Shown one piece after another: positions 54,731 through 64,000 of a DNA stretch of 64,000 bases. The notes beneath the pieces are model-generated. The model saw only the letters and a program-made list of their open reading frames with translations, was not told the DNA's origin and made no database searches. Within the stretch, counting starts at the first letter, position 1. Each line of letters begins with the position of its first letter. The stretch covers positions 85,384 to 149,383 of the forward strand of contig VRVR01000042.1 of NCBI GenBank assembly GCA_009859145.1. The letters run 5' to 3'. Both the position numbers and the translations under genes were made by a program. The stretch is from Andalucia godoyi And28 (lineage: Eukaryota > Protista > Jakobida).

Positions 54731-55126
54731 GAAAACAAAAACACTGCCACCTTCCGACGCGGGGCCGCCGCCAGGAAAGATTGCCAAGGCGACAACTGCG
54801 CGGCAGATGTTGACATGGGGCCATTATCAATTCCAGCAGCGGCTGCTCTGCAAAACGCGCGAATTCGCGGGGGCGGCAGGTGTCGATTGTGACTTGTGAC
54901 GGAGGTGTGCACGTCTAAAGCGTGCGACAGTTGCGGCGGGGGGGAAATGAGTCGCAAGTTGTATGGAAACAAGGCGTGTTGTTGCCCATCGTGCAAATGC
55001 ACGATCGACCGCGATTGGAACGGCGCGCGCAACATCTATCTTGGGAACGTCGCTCATGCCGAAGGGCGTGTTGGGGCCTGCCCTCTTCCCAATCATGCTA
55101 TGCATGTTGTTGGGCTGCAGCATTGA
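54731..55126 (+). pseudogene. Fanzor2/IS607-TnpB remnant (copy B): decayed RuvC-II, intact Zn ribbon and RuvC-III
   Basis: Frame at 54744: LPPSDA..KATTARQMLTWGHYQFQQRLLCKTREFAG; +1 frame RQVSIV; 7-nt tandem duplication (TGTGAC at 54888 and 54895); then VTEVCTSKACDSCG...LYGNKACCCPSCKCTIDRDWNGARNIYL. Confidence 0.88.
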
Positions 55127-55150
55127 TTATGAGTGATCAGCGATAATTAT
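55060..55150 (+). ncRNA. Candidate omegaRNA scaffold remnant overlapping the Fanzor 3' end
   Basis: Hairpins GGGCG..TGCCC (55064-83) and CCCAA-T-CATGC/TAT/GCATG-TTG-TTGGG (55088-114), at the position where TnpB/Fanzor omegaRNAs lie. Confidence 0.35.
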
Positions 55151-55546
55151 CCGTGGTTAATGTACACTGTAGACGTAGGGCAGCAGCTGCAGAAAGCGTG
55201 GACGGATGACAGGAGGTTTAAGGGATGGAGGGCGGAGAACGGAGGAGATCAGGCTCGACACGCTCTGATGTGTATTTTACAACATAGAGATGAAAGGAGC
55301 AGTGGCACATGAACATACGACGTGGCGACTAATCGTACATATTAACAACAACCATCATCATCATCATCACCAAAATGCGGATAGAAGTGGCAAAATACAT
55401 ATATATATATAAATGATAATGTATAATAATTAAATTAAAAAGAAGAAAGAAAAAATGAAAATGAAAATGAAAAAGAAAAAGAAAAAGAAAAAGAACACGC
55501 AGCGCGGTGAGATTTGAAAGTGATTGGAGGACAGAGACAACGTTCG

Positions 55547-57055
55547 TCAGGGACGGAGGGTCGCTGCTGCTCGAGCACGTTCTGTTGCAAGTGCAAAGGA
55601 CTTGTGGCATTTGACCCTTCGGACGCGATAGCATCCTGCAGCCAGTCTCTTCCACTTGGACCAGAGCCGAGCCAACAAAGACCTTTTCCGGAAGAGAAAA
55701 GCTTTTCTTCGGAGCCTCGTTGCATGCAAAGCACGGATCCACGCGTTCCATACGAAACGAGTGAAGATTCGATCCAAGGAGTGCTTCATGAAAAGAGAAA
55801 ATCGTTTGCACCGAATTCGTTGTCTTCGCGACAAAGAAGCATCGTCGTGCCATGCGTGAAACATCTTTTGCACGAGTTGCGCAAAATGACGGCCGCGAAA
55901 AAGAAACACTACCTTGGATTTGTAGAACTCGGATCTCCACTGACGAAACACGCGCTGTTTGCACTTTTCCACGTAAAACAAATCGTACTTTGACTCTAGC
56001 TTGGATCGAATCATTGACCGCGACCACAAGCTCATAGCCCTCTTCTGCAACCGCCTGTTGAACATTCCAATCAACTGGGCAGAGAGCTTCCAACGAGAAA
56101 ACGTCAGCGCCAGCGTCACCTTTTCGGCGCGGATGATTCGACTTATTCTCACCTGCTGCATCCACCGCTTCATGAAAACAATTGTCGATCTCCGAGCGCC
56201 CCAACGAGAAAGAGCAAAGCAGAGTCGCCACAGACGAAAGTAATACGCAGCACAACGCAACTTCCAAGATGTTCTCAGGAGTGTCAACAGCCTCCAGAAG
56301 TGAAAGACGCGCGGAACCTGCGTCCGTTTATACCCAATCGCCTGCTTCCAAGCAACGAAAGTGTGGGCCAAGTACGAGAGGTACCGATCACGCATAAACA
56401 AGTAGAGCTTCTTCACAAGTCGAAATCTGCGCTTCCAGTGGATGAACGAAATCATCAAGAGTTCGTCATAGCGATTTCTCCTCACACGAATCCACAGATC
56501 TTCATACCGCTTTCGAAAGCCATCTTCCTCTTCCGAGTGGGCACTGGAAGAATGGCTGCTGTGAAGGACTTTCGCTGCGTCCGGAACGGATGGATCGCCG
56601 TCCGCCTTGGGCTGCAGGGCAAGGGCAGCGGCACCAAAATCTTCCGACACATTGAACGAAGCGTCTGATTTCACCAAGTATTGAGAAGAGGGTGTTCGCT
56701 GGTGAATCGTAGCCGAAAGCGCCAATGACGACGAGTCTTGGGATGAAATTGCAGACCGCATCGCATTAGGATTCACGCGAGAACTTGAGCCGGATTGCGA
56801 ACTGGACTGAATCAATACCTCGAACAGCTCATGATCCAACTCCATTGAAGCCCTTGTTGGCAGAGGGAATGCATCGGTCGGTCCTGCTGCTCGTGTTATT
56901 GTCGACCGAGGTGTTTCTTGCGGAGAGGATACGAGTGAAAATGAAGAATCATCCGAGACACAGGACGATGGCGATGGCGATGGCGATGGCGACGGCGATG
57001 GCGATGGGGCTGATGACGATAGCGACAGTGATGGAGCAGTCTCGGGATCTGACAT
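55547..57055 (-). CDS. Sfi1-like centrin-binding repeat protein
   Basis: About 10 repeats ending in F/L-x-x-W-K/R (YLAHTFVAWK, LALTFSRWK, KQRVFRQWR, LVQKMFHAWH, LLARLWSKWK) after a Ser/Pro-rich N-terminus. Upstream exons are possible. Confidence 0.75.
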   Translation of the reverse strand: MSDPETAPSLSLSSSAPSPSPSPSPSPSPSSCVSDDSSFSLVSSPQETPRSTITRAAGPTDAFPLPTRASMELDHELFEVLIQSSSQSGSSSRVNPNAMRSAISSQDSSSLALSATIHQRTPSSQYLVKSDASFNVSEDFGAAALALQPKADGDPSVPDAAKVLHSSHSSSAHSEEEDGFRKRYEDLWIRVRRNRYDELLMISFIHWKRRFRLVKKLYLFMRDRYLSYLAHTFVAWKQAIGYKRTQVPRVFHFWRLLTLLRTSWKLRCAAYYFRLWRLCFALSRWGARRSTIVFMKRWMQQVRISRIIRAEKVTLALTFSRWKLSAQLIGMFNRRLQKRAMSLWSRSMIRSKLESKYDLFYVEKCKQRVFRQWRSEFYKSKVVFLFRGRHFAQLVQKMFHAWHDDASLSRRQRIRCKRFSLFMKHSLDRIFTRFVWNAWIRALHATRLRRKAFLFRKRSLLARLWSKWKRLAAGCYRVRRVKCHKSFALATERARAAATLRP

Positions 57056-57938
57056 CCGTGCAATCGCCGATCTGGGACCTGGTTTCCAAAAACAACAACA
57101 ACAACAACAACAACAGCAACAACGATACTCGGATCCGTTCGTCGACAGTTATCGTGCAGACAGCTGCGGAGTGCCCTTCTCGAGGAAGGATAAAACCCAC
57201 AATTTGTGTCCGCCGGACTTCTTCGGCTAAGCTGTCACCGAAGACAGATCCAAACCACATGTTTTGTTTGCATATATTTGGGCCTTCCGTTGTGCAAGCA
57301 AGCAGTGCAGCAGTTGCTGTGTGGTGGTGGATGACAGATCATACCGGGGACGTCTGATGCTCAACGCGATACCGCCAACTTGTGCAGTTGTGCGCGCGGC
57401 GACGCTCGTCTAAGAAAACGACTTGCATTACAAGGTGCGAGGCTTACAGACGTCAAAAAAAAAATGGAATAAAGGAAGAGAGAGAGAGAGAGTCATGAAA
57501 AAAAAAGAGATGGAAAAGGAGGACAAATGTTCGTTTTGACTGTTGAGAAGCGCAACTTGATTAAAAGTGCTCTTCAAATCCTCGTGTCTTGCGCAGTCCA
57601 GCCCATCTTCACCAGGAAACCCGCGCAGTAGCACAAGCCGGCCATCAGTGATCAGAGCAGCGAAGCGAAACATGACGGGGTTGCAAAGGGGTCCGCGAGC
57701 CGATGAACAATGATCAGCCACATGAGATGCAATGAGCTGAAGTAATAATAATAATGAAGCAGGCGGGGGGGGGGGGGGGGGGGGGTTCTTGTTTTCGTTT
57801 GTTTTGAATGGTACAAAAGACTCGACACCGAACACGCAGACGTAGCTTGGGGACGCATAGACTATGGCGACATCGGACACAGCGCAGAACAGAGCATATC
57901 TTTGTTTAATGGCGACAGAGCCCGGGAAAAGAAACCAA

Positions 57939-59807
57939 TTAAAACATACCGACAACGTTTCCTTTTTCGTCAACATCGATATCATAGTATCCAGGACGCG
58001 TTGTAAGACCTGGCATCGTTGCGATCTCTCCCAAAAGAGGATACACGAAGCCGGCTCCAACAGATGCGCGGACGTCACGGACCGTGATCTTGAAGCCAGT
58101 GGGTGCATTCTTCTTGTCCGGGTCTGCCGAGAAGGAATACGCTGTTTTTGCCATGCAAATGGGAAGCTTTCCAAAACCAGATTTTTCAAACAGTGCGAGC
58201 TGTTTTTCAGCTTGTTCTGTGTATTCGACTCCATCTGCGCGATAGATCTTTGTCGCGATAGTTTCAATCTTTTGCTTCAGCGACAAATCGAGATCGTACA
58301 AGAACCGGAAGTTTGTGTCCTTGAGCTTTGTCGCATTCACAACCTGTTTTGCAAGTTCGACGGCTCCCAAGCCTCCATCCGCCCAGTGGGTGCACTCAAC
58401 AGCCGCATACGCTCCGGCATCCATGGCCTTCTTTCGTAAAGCCTCAATCTCCTCATCCGTGTCCGACACAAACCGATTAATGGCGACACACACCGGAAGA
58501 CCGAACAGACGGATGTTCTCAATGTGGCGGGTGAGGTTTGCGCATCCGACAAGGAGAGCATCGACGTTTGGCTTCTTTGCTTGCTCCACTGGAACTCCTC
58601 CATGATGTTTGAGGGCGCGGCAAGTGGCAACGATAACGACTGCTGACGGCTTGTGTCCCGAGATACGGCACTTGATGTCAAGACCTTTTTCAAGACCCAT
58701 GTCCGCCGCGAAACCTGCCTCTGTGACGACGATGCCATCTTCTCCAACAAGGCGCAACGCAATGTCGTCTGCGACAATGGAGTTGTTCCCGTGCGCAATG
58801 TTGGCGAAGGGGCCGGCGTGCACCATAACCGGTGTTCCCTCAACTGTCTGCATCAAGTTTGGCATCAGAGCATCACGCAGCAACACGGTCATTGCCCCGG
58901 CGCATCCAATGTCTTCAGCAGTCACCGGCTCACCGCTCTTTGACATTCCGATCACGATGCGTCCAAGTCGCTCACGCATGTCCGTGATCGATGTTGAAAG
59001 AGCCAGCACTGCCATGCATTCAGAAGCAACAGCAATGTCGAATCCAGTGTTACGCGTATGGCCCTTCTCCTGTGAACCAAGTCCGATCTGGATCTTGCGC
59101 ATCATGCGGTCATTGATGTCCACAACGCGGTTCCAGGTGATGGTATCCGGATTAATGTCCAGCCGAACGAACCTCTTGACTTCTTCCGGAGTAAGTTCTG
59201 CTGGGTTTTCTTTCTGAATTCCAAGCTTTGCAAGCCGGCGCTTCATGATTGGGCAGAAGGTGCCGTCCACAGCAAGTCTCTTGAAGAGTTGGTCATCTGT
59301 CTGCGTAGCTTCGTGGAACATTCTTGTGTCGATTGCCGCAGCAAGCAAGTTGTTTGCCGCTGAAACGGAGTGGATATCAGGGATTCCAAGCGTAAAGTCT
59401 TCCATTGGAATGACCTGTGCGTATCCACCGCCAGCAGCAGAACCCTTCACTCCAAACACTGGTCCCAGCGATGGCTGGCGGATGCATGCGAAAGAGTTTA
59501 CCTTCAGGTGTGCTCCAAGTGCCTGCGCAAGCCCGACGGTCGTTGTAGACTTTCCTTCTCCGAGAGGTGTCGGCGTGCAGCCTGTCACATACACATACTT
59601 GCCAAGTGGAAGGTTCTTGAGACGCTCCGAAATAGCCAGATCGATTTTCCCCTTGTACTTCCCCGATGGGAGAAACTCAGAATCCAGGATTCCGCAGGCA
59701 CCAGCAATCTCGGAAACAGAAAGCGGCTTCACAGACTGCGAAATATCGATGTCTGATGGAACAGGTCGAGCTGCCGTGCACGTCCGAATCGTCTTCGTGA
59801 TGTCCAT
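57939..59807 (-). CDS. FTHFS: Monofunctional formate-tetrahydrofolate ligase (FTHFS)
   Basis: TPTPLGEGKSTTTVGL, RQPSLGPVFGVKGSAAGGGYAQVIPM, HAGPFANIAHGNNS, TEAGF, ICMAKT..SFS, MPGL; no dehydrogenase/cyclohydrolase domain. Confidence 0.97.
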   Translation of the reverse strand: MDITKTIRTCTAARPVPSDIDISQSVKPLSVSEIAGACGILDSEFLPSGKYKGKIDLAISERLKNLPLGKYVYVTGCTPTPLGEGKSTTTVGLAQALGAHLKVNSFACIRQPSLGPVFGVKGSAAGGGYAQVIPMEDFTLGIPDIHSVSAANNLLAAAIDTRMFHEATQTDDQLFKRLAVDGTFCPIMKRRLAKLGIQKENPAELTPEEVKRFVRLDINPDTITWNRVVDINDRMMRKIQIGLGSQEKGHTRNTGFDIAVASECMAVLALSTSITDMRERLGRIVIGMSKSGEPVTAEDIGCAGAMTVLLRDALMPNLMQTVEGTPVMVHAGPFANIAHGNNSIVADDIALRLVGEDGIVVTEAGFAADMGLEKGLDIKCRISGHKPSAVVIVATCRALKHHGGVPVEQAKKPNVDALLVGCANLTRHIENIRLFGLPVCVAINRFVSDTDEEIEALRKKAMDAGAYAAVECTHWADGGLGAVELAKQVVNATKLKDTNFRFLYDLDLSLKQKIETIATKIYRADGVEYTEQAEKQLALFEKSGFGKLPICMAKTAYSFSADPDKKNAPTGFKITVRDVRASVGAGFVYPLLGEIATMPGLTTRPGYYDIDVDEKGNVVGMF

Positions 59808-59941
59808 GGGTGTTTTTTTGCAGAGCGTTGAAAACAGCGAAAACGGATGAAGCAGACAGCGGTGTATCTTGGGAATCGTCACAAAAGAATCAATTATTAT
59901 GTTCTCCAGTATCTGTAAGTCAGAACTACGAAATAGACGAG

Positions 59942-59945
<4 letters not shown>

Positions 59946-60033
<88 letters not shown>
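59946..60033. repeat. (GA)~44 microsatellite
   Basis: Directly visible. Confidence 0.97.
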
Positions 60034-60036
<3 letters not shown>

Positions 60037-60282
60037 CAAATAAAGAAAAGGAACTGCCAGATTCGGGACTTTGGAGGCCCAGCTTGTTTACAAAAATCAA
60101 TGAAAAAAATAATAATAATAAGGGGAGTCATCTGGCCTCCACGGTGACCTTCGTGCATGCAGATGCAGGGCAGGTGGGCAATACTACGACAGAAGGAGAG
60201 AGCAGACGGAGACTGTCTGCAGATGGAGGAACTCGGGACTCAGAAGGGCAGGGCCGGGGGGAATGCACTCGATGTGTTGTTC

Positions 60283-61998
60283 TCATTCATGGAGATCCTT
60301 CATTCGCTGTTTCGATTTTAGCTTCTTGTGCAGTCTGGAAGAAGCACTGTACCGAGCACTGGAGGAGATCTTGGATTTTCGAGAAGCCCGGGATCTTGGA
60401 CTGTGCAGGTCGCTGATGTTATGGCGATTGTCATGATCATCGTCATGACCACCGTGATCGTCATCATAGGCATGTTTCTGCTTGTATGGTTTTCGGTGAA
60501 TACGAGACTTCGACGTTCTTCGTGTTGCGGTGGTTTTGGCGATGGATGCGCGGTCGACAGAGCCAGCATCGGATCCCTTTTCGAGATCCTCCAACTCCTC
60601 GAAATTGTCAAGATTCTGACTGGAGTTTGTGGAGAAGCTTGCATCATCCGACTCTTCCATGTCTTCCAGAGCTTGTTGATCCATGTCTTCGAGTTCGTCG
60701 GCGTCTTGGACGCCGCCCAACTCGCGATTGTCAAGCCCTGCGATTTCGTCCCGCTCGTTCAGCCGAAGAAGCCCCAAGTAGTTGTGGAGAACGTAGATCC
60801 CGATAACCGTACCGATCGCGGCCCAAGAAGTCACACTCAGCACGGCGAGCGTCTGAACCCCGAGCTGGTGAAGCGATCGCGTGTATAGCAATCCTCCGGT
60901 TGCTGGATCATCTCCCCCAAGGAATGTAGCAATCAGCTCGGGCTTCGCAAAGATGCCGTTCAGCAGCGTTCCGACCACTCCGTTTGCAAAATGGACCTGA
61001 CTCGCGCAGACGGGATCGTCAATCATGAGCCGCACAACGATGGTGTCCGTCAAAGAGTAAACGTAGACAGACAGAACTCCCAGGATCACTGCTACCCACG
61101 TTTCCACAAACGCACAAGTCGGGGTGATGATAACGAGTCCAGAGAGCGCAGAATTCAAAGTAAAGTGAATATCAAACGCCCCATAGTAGTGTTTGGTGAA
61201 GAACAGGGAGAACATGACTGCGGCAGACGAAGCCACAAATGTGTTCAGCGCAAGGAATGCCACGCCTTGCGCTAGACCTGGACCGACAATTACTATACTG
61301 GCGCAGCAGTTGTATGCGAACCAGCCATACCACAAAATCATGGATCCCACCGACGTGTCGGCAACGGAGTGGCCATCAATTATGTTCGGTCTGCCGTCCA
61401 CGCCGTATCTTCCAATTCGATGACCAATCATAAAGGTCGCAACCAGCGCCGATGTTCCCCCAAGCGTATGCACCGGCAAACCGCCTGCAAAATCCAGGCT
61501 GCCCAGCTTTCGATGAAATCCGATTTTGTCCCACATCATGTGGTATACAGGTGGCAGGACGACCGTGGAGTAGTACAGGATCCAGAAACAGTACCCGGAG
61601 AGGTACACTCGTTCCGCAACCGCGCCGCTCGGTATGGTGACTGTGATCATCGCAAACATCACCATGAAAGCAAAGTGAGAGAAATCCGTGAGGTCCTGAA
61701 GAGCACACATCCCCGACCCATATCCGACATACCCTCCAATCGTCCTTGTTCCGAATGCCAGCGCATATCCGACCAAGTACCACGTAAAGCACGTGAAACC
61801 AGCTTCTGCTAAATTTTGAAGAAGAATCGACCGAAGATTCTGTACGCGAGAAACACCCGCTTCGATCAGTGTGAACCCGGCTTGCAAGAAAAAGACAGAG
61901 AATGCTCCTAGCAGCAGGAACACGGAATCCACACCGAGCCTCAGCATTGCTACTGATTCTGTCAGTGCAGCCAGTTCTTCGGGTGTTGGGGAGCTCAT
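60283..61998 (-). CDS. AMT: Ammonium transporter (Amt/Mep/Rh family) with acidic/basic C-terminal tail
   Basis: QAGFTLIEAG, IPSGAVAER, DFAGGLPVH, GHRIGRY, LWYGWFAYN, NSALSGLVIIT, DDPV...VH; both pore His residues present. Confidence 0.96.
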   Translation of the reverse strand: MSSPTPEELAALTESVAMLRLGVDSVFLLLGAFSVFFLQAGFTLIEAGVSRVQNLRSILLQNLAEAGFTCFTWYLVGYALAFGTRTIGGYVGYGSGMCALQDLTDFSHFAFMVMFAMITVTIPSGAVAERVYLSGYCFWILYYSTVVLPPVYHMMWDKIGFHRKLGSLDFAGGLPVHTLGGTSALVATFMIGHRIGRYGVDGRPNIIDGHSVADTSVGSMILWYGWFAYNCCASIVIVGPGLAQGVAFLALNTFVASSAAVMFSLFFTKHYYGAFDIHFTLNSALSGLVIITPTCAFVETWVAVILGVLSVYVYSLTDTIVVRLMIDDPVCASQVHFANGVVGTLLNGIFAKPELIATFLGGDDPATGGLLYTRSLHQLGVQTLAVLSVTSWAAIGTVIGIYVLHNYLGLLRLNERDEIAGLDNRELGGVQDADELEDMDQQALEDMEESDDASFSTNSSQNLDNFEELEDLEKGSDAGSVDRASIAKTTATRRTSKSRIHRKPYKQKHAYDDDHGGHDDDHDNRHNISDLHSPRSRASRKSKISSSARYSASSRLHKKLKSKQRMKDLHE

Positions 61999-62511
61999 TT
62001 TTCTCTCTTTGATCCCGCACAACAGAAAATGCTTACACAGAACTCTTTATTCTACCAGATTTTCTCCCTCGCTTCTCTGTTCCTTCGACAGGACGAAAAA
62101 GATGAGGGAAAATGCATTCCTTGGCAAATTTTCACGGTTATTTACTTTGACAGACAGTGAAAGTCTCGGACCTTTGCCGGGCGCCAACGGAATCTCCAAG
62201 CTGCTCGCATTGGATGCATATGGAATTCCGTCTGCTTCCCACCTCGTACCCAGTCCACTACCCTGTCTGAGCAAACAGCAAAAAAAAAAAAAAGGTTTCA
62301 ACAAAGCAACGCAGCGAAGTGGGGAACAACCGAGCGGACAGCAGTGCAGCTGTTCGCAAACCGTTGTTCTTTTGCGGGGCATCCGTTGTCAAAGGTGTTG
62401 CCAACTTTTGTCGGCAGGCAACATACCACGTGCGTATGCGTGTGGACGGAAAGAAACATAACAACAATAGCAATAACAATAAGATGATGATGGGAGACGA
62501 AGAAACGAAGA

Positions 62512-63717
62512 TCACTTGGAGTCAATGACCTCGAGATCATCGATCGAGATGCCAGAGTATACCGGTTTGAAATCTTTCGCGCTTGTGGGTATCTTCATAA
62601 ACGCATCAGGAACATCCTCTATCGGGCCAGCTGTTTGAGAGCCCCGTCCCAGAGTTTCTGGGAGCCTTTTGGAGAACTGCTCAAGTTTGCGCAGAGTGTC
62701 TGCGTCCTTATGTCGTTCTCGCGACCCGAGTTTCCAAATAGCAGCAGCATCAGTCGTGGCTCTGAATTTCTTTGGCAGCGGTTCTGCAACCTCTAGAACA
62801 GCCCGTGCATCCTTGACAGGAGACTCCGATACGGACGCAGACATAGACACAGACACGGGGTGCCGTTCCTGCTGTTGAGAAGGGACCTGGTCGACGACTC
62901 TTGTTTCTGACGGTGAAAACTGCCGTGCGAAAACAACAACTCGCGATCCCGCCGCACTCTTCTTGAGATCAAACACTTCTTCTTCTTCTTCTTCTTCTTC
63001 TTTCTCCTCAACCTGCTCCCCATATCTTCCCTTCTCGTTGTTTGCCTTGCGAGCTGCAACAGCACCAATTCGCAGCCCTTTCCTGCTCGCTGTAACCTGC
63101 AGCAATCTCGATCGATCGAGAGAATCCTTACACTTGGATAGTTCCTCCGCTTCCCTTTCCCGATCCTGTTCCACCCAGGGAGGCGTGCTTCTGATGGTCG
63201 ACAAAAGGTCGTCGAAAGGATGGGATACCACTTCTGCGGACTCGACGGGCACAAACGTCCCCTTGTCTCCCTTGACGATTCGATTCATTTGAGTTACATT
63301 GTGAATATGGTCCTGCTCAATCATGCCAAATGCCACATGGTTGCCTTGTAGCTGGTCTGCCCGATCGAGCGTGATGAAAAAATCAAGATTGTTTGCATCA
63401 CAGTCCGACAACCCAACGATGCCTCGGTGCAGAAATCGCAGTCGCGAATGGTACTCGGGCGGAGCAACGCGCAGGCCAGTGGGTCTCGAGGACGAGCATC
63501 GAGCATACAGGGCTGGATCGTACTCTTGGAACCGCACGGGAAACCCTGCCTGTAAAGCCTTCACCTTGCTCTCCGATTTCCTATAGTATCCTTCCAGAAC
63601 AAGCTGAATGAATGCACGGCATGTCCGGGGACACTCGCGACACCACAAATGAATCAGAATCGGCCCCGCCGGCGTATGCAACAGCACAGATCCCGTCGTC
63701 GGAGGGTACAGCGACAT
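62512..63717 (-). CDS. CWC27: CWC27-like spliceosomal cyclophilin (divergent)
   Basis: PPTTGSVLLHTPAGPILIHLWCRECPRTCRAFIQLVLEGYY, EYHSRLRF, FFITLDRADQL, C-terminal DDLEVID. Confidence 0.85.
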   Translation of the reverse strand: MSLYPPTTGSVLLHTPAGPILIHLWCRECPRTCRAFIQLVLEGYYRKSESKVKALQAGFPVRFQEYDPALYARCSSSRPTGLRVAPPEYHSRLRFLHRGIVGLSDCDANNLDFFITLDRADQLQGNHVAFGMIEQDHIHNVTQMNRIVKGDKGTFVPVESAEVVSHPFDDLLSTIRSTPPWVEQDREREAEELSKCKDSLDRSRLLQVTASRKGLRIGAVAARKANNEKGRYGEQVEEKEEEEEEEEVFDLKKSAAGSRVVVFARQFSPSETRVVDQVPSQQQERHPVSVSMSASVSESPVKDARAVLEVAEPLPKKFRATTDAAAIWKLGSRERHKDADTLRKLEQFSKRLPETLGRGSQTAGPIEDVPDAFMKIPTSAKDFKPVYSGISIDDLEVIDSK

Positions 63718-63749
63718 TCACACTTTCGCAGCATTCAGCACTAGAAATG

Positions 63750-63998
63750 TCAATATGAGTGTGTGTAGGGCGATGATGGCTCAGGGTCCAGTTGGACACT
63801 CTCAAAAGGCACTTCCCACATCCGACAGAGCGCAGTCCTTGCAGTTTGCACCCGCCGCCCACCGTAGACCACAGATAGTCTCCACTCAAGGCTTTCTTTC
63901 AATCGGGAACACAGCAGTACGACCAGTATAGGCTGGGCGAAAATACCGACAGGTTCCTGGTTCGGCGGTAGGGGAACGATGGTGAATGCTAACCGATC
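63750..63998 (-). CDS. 3' end of a gene continuing beyond the window
   Basis: Frame open from 63998 (DRLAFTIVPLPP...SPYTHSY*) to TGA at 63750-52. Confidence 0.45.
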   Translation of the reverse strand, partial: DRLAFTIVPLPPNQEPVGIFAQPILVVLLCSRLKESLEWRLSVVYGGRRVQTARTALCRMWEVPFESVQLDPEPSSPYTHSY

Positions 63999-64000
63999 CT

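Noticed and set aside
57078-57720. Possible small multi-exon gene or upstream exons of the Sfi1-like gene (MFRFAALITDGR..., GT..AG pairs at ~57078-57130 and ~57410-57447)
   Set aside because: Could not assemble a consistent open spliced frame.

Overview
Gene-dense, intron-poor eukaryotic nuclear DNA, probably from an aerobic flagellated protist. Evidence: complex I subunit NDUFS5, centriole/cilium-type proteins (CCDC81, NEK, Sfi1-like), standard genetic code, GT-AG introns, and long GA/CA microsatellites. The lineage cannot be assigned from sequence alone. About 35 protein genes are supportable: SERINC, cathepsin L-like protease, RPS15, RPLP2, ZNF598, UBL protein, PITH protein, CTD-phosphatase, TMEM181, CENP-X, BRI3, JmjC, FIBP, FTHFS, AMT, CWC27 and several orphans. 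Signals the ORF track does not show directly: (1) two frameshifted remnants of Fanzor2/IS607-TnpB RNA-guided nucleases about 12 kb apart, one keeping its Zn ribbon, RuvC-III motif and a hairpin-rich omegaRNA-like tail; (2) a box C/D snoRNA in the RPS15 intron whose guide fits the LSU site equivalent to human 28S Am3830; (3) a ~1470-aa membrane-anchored protein built like a phage tail fibre or trimeric adhesin; (4) a possible decayed hAT transposase; (5) a BRI3 gene with an 18-nt micro-exon; (6) an identical telo-box-like 9-mer at both ribosomal protein genes. All family calls are motif recognition by eye, with no database searches run.
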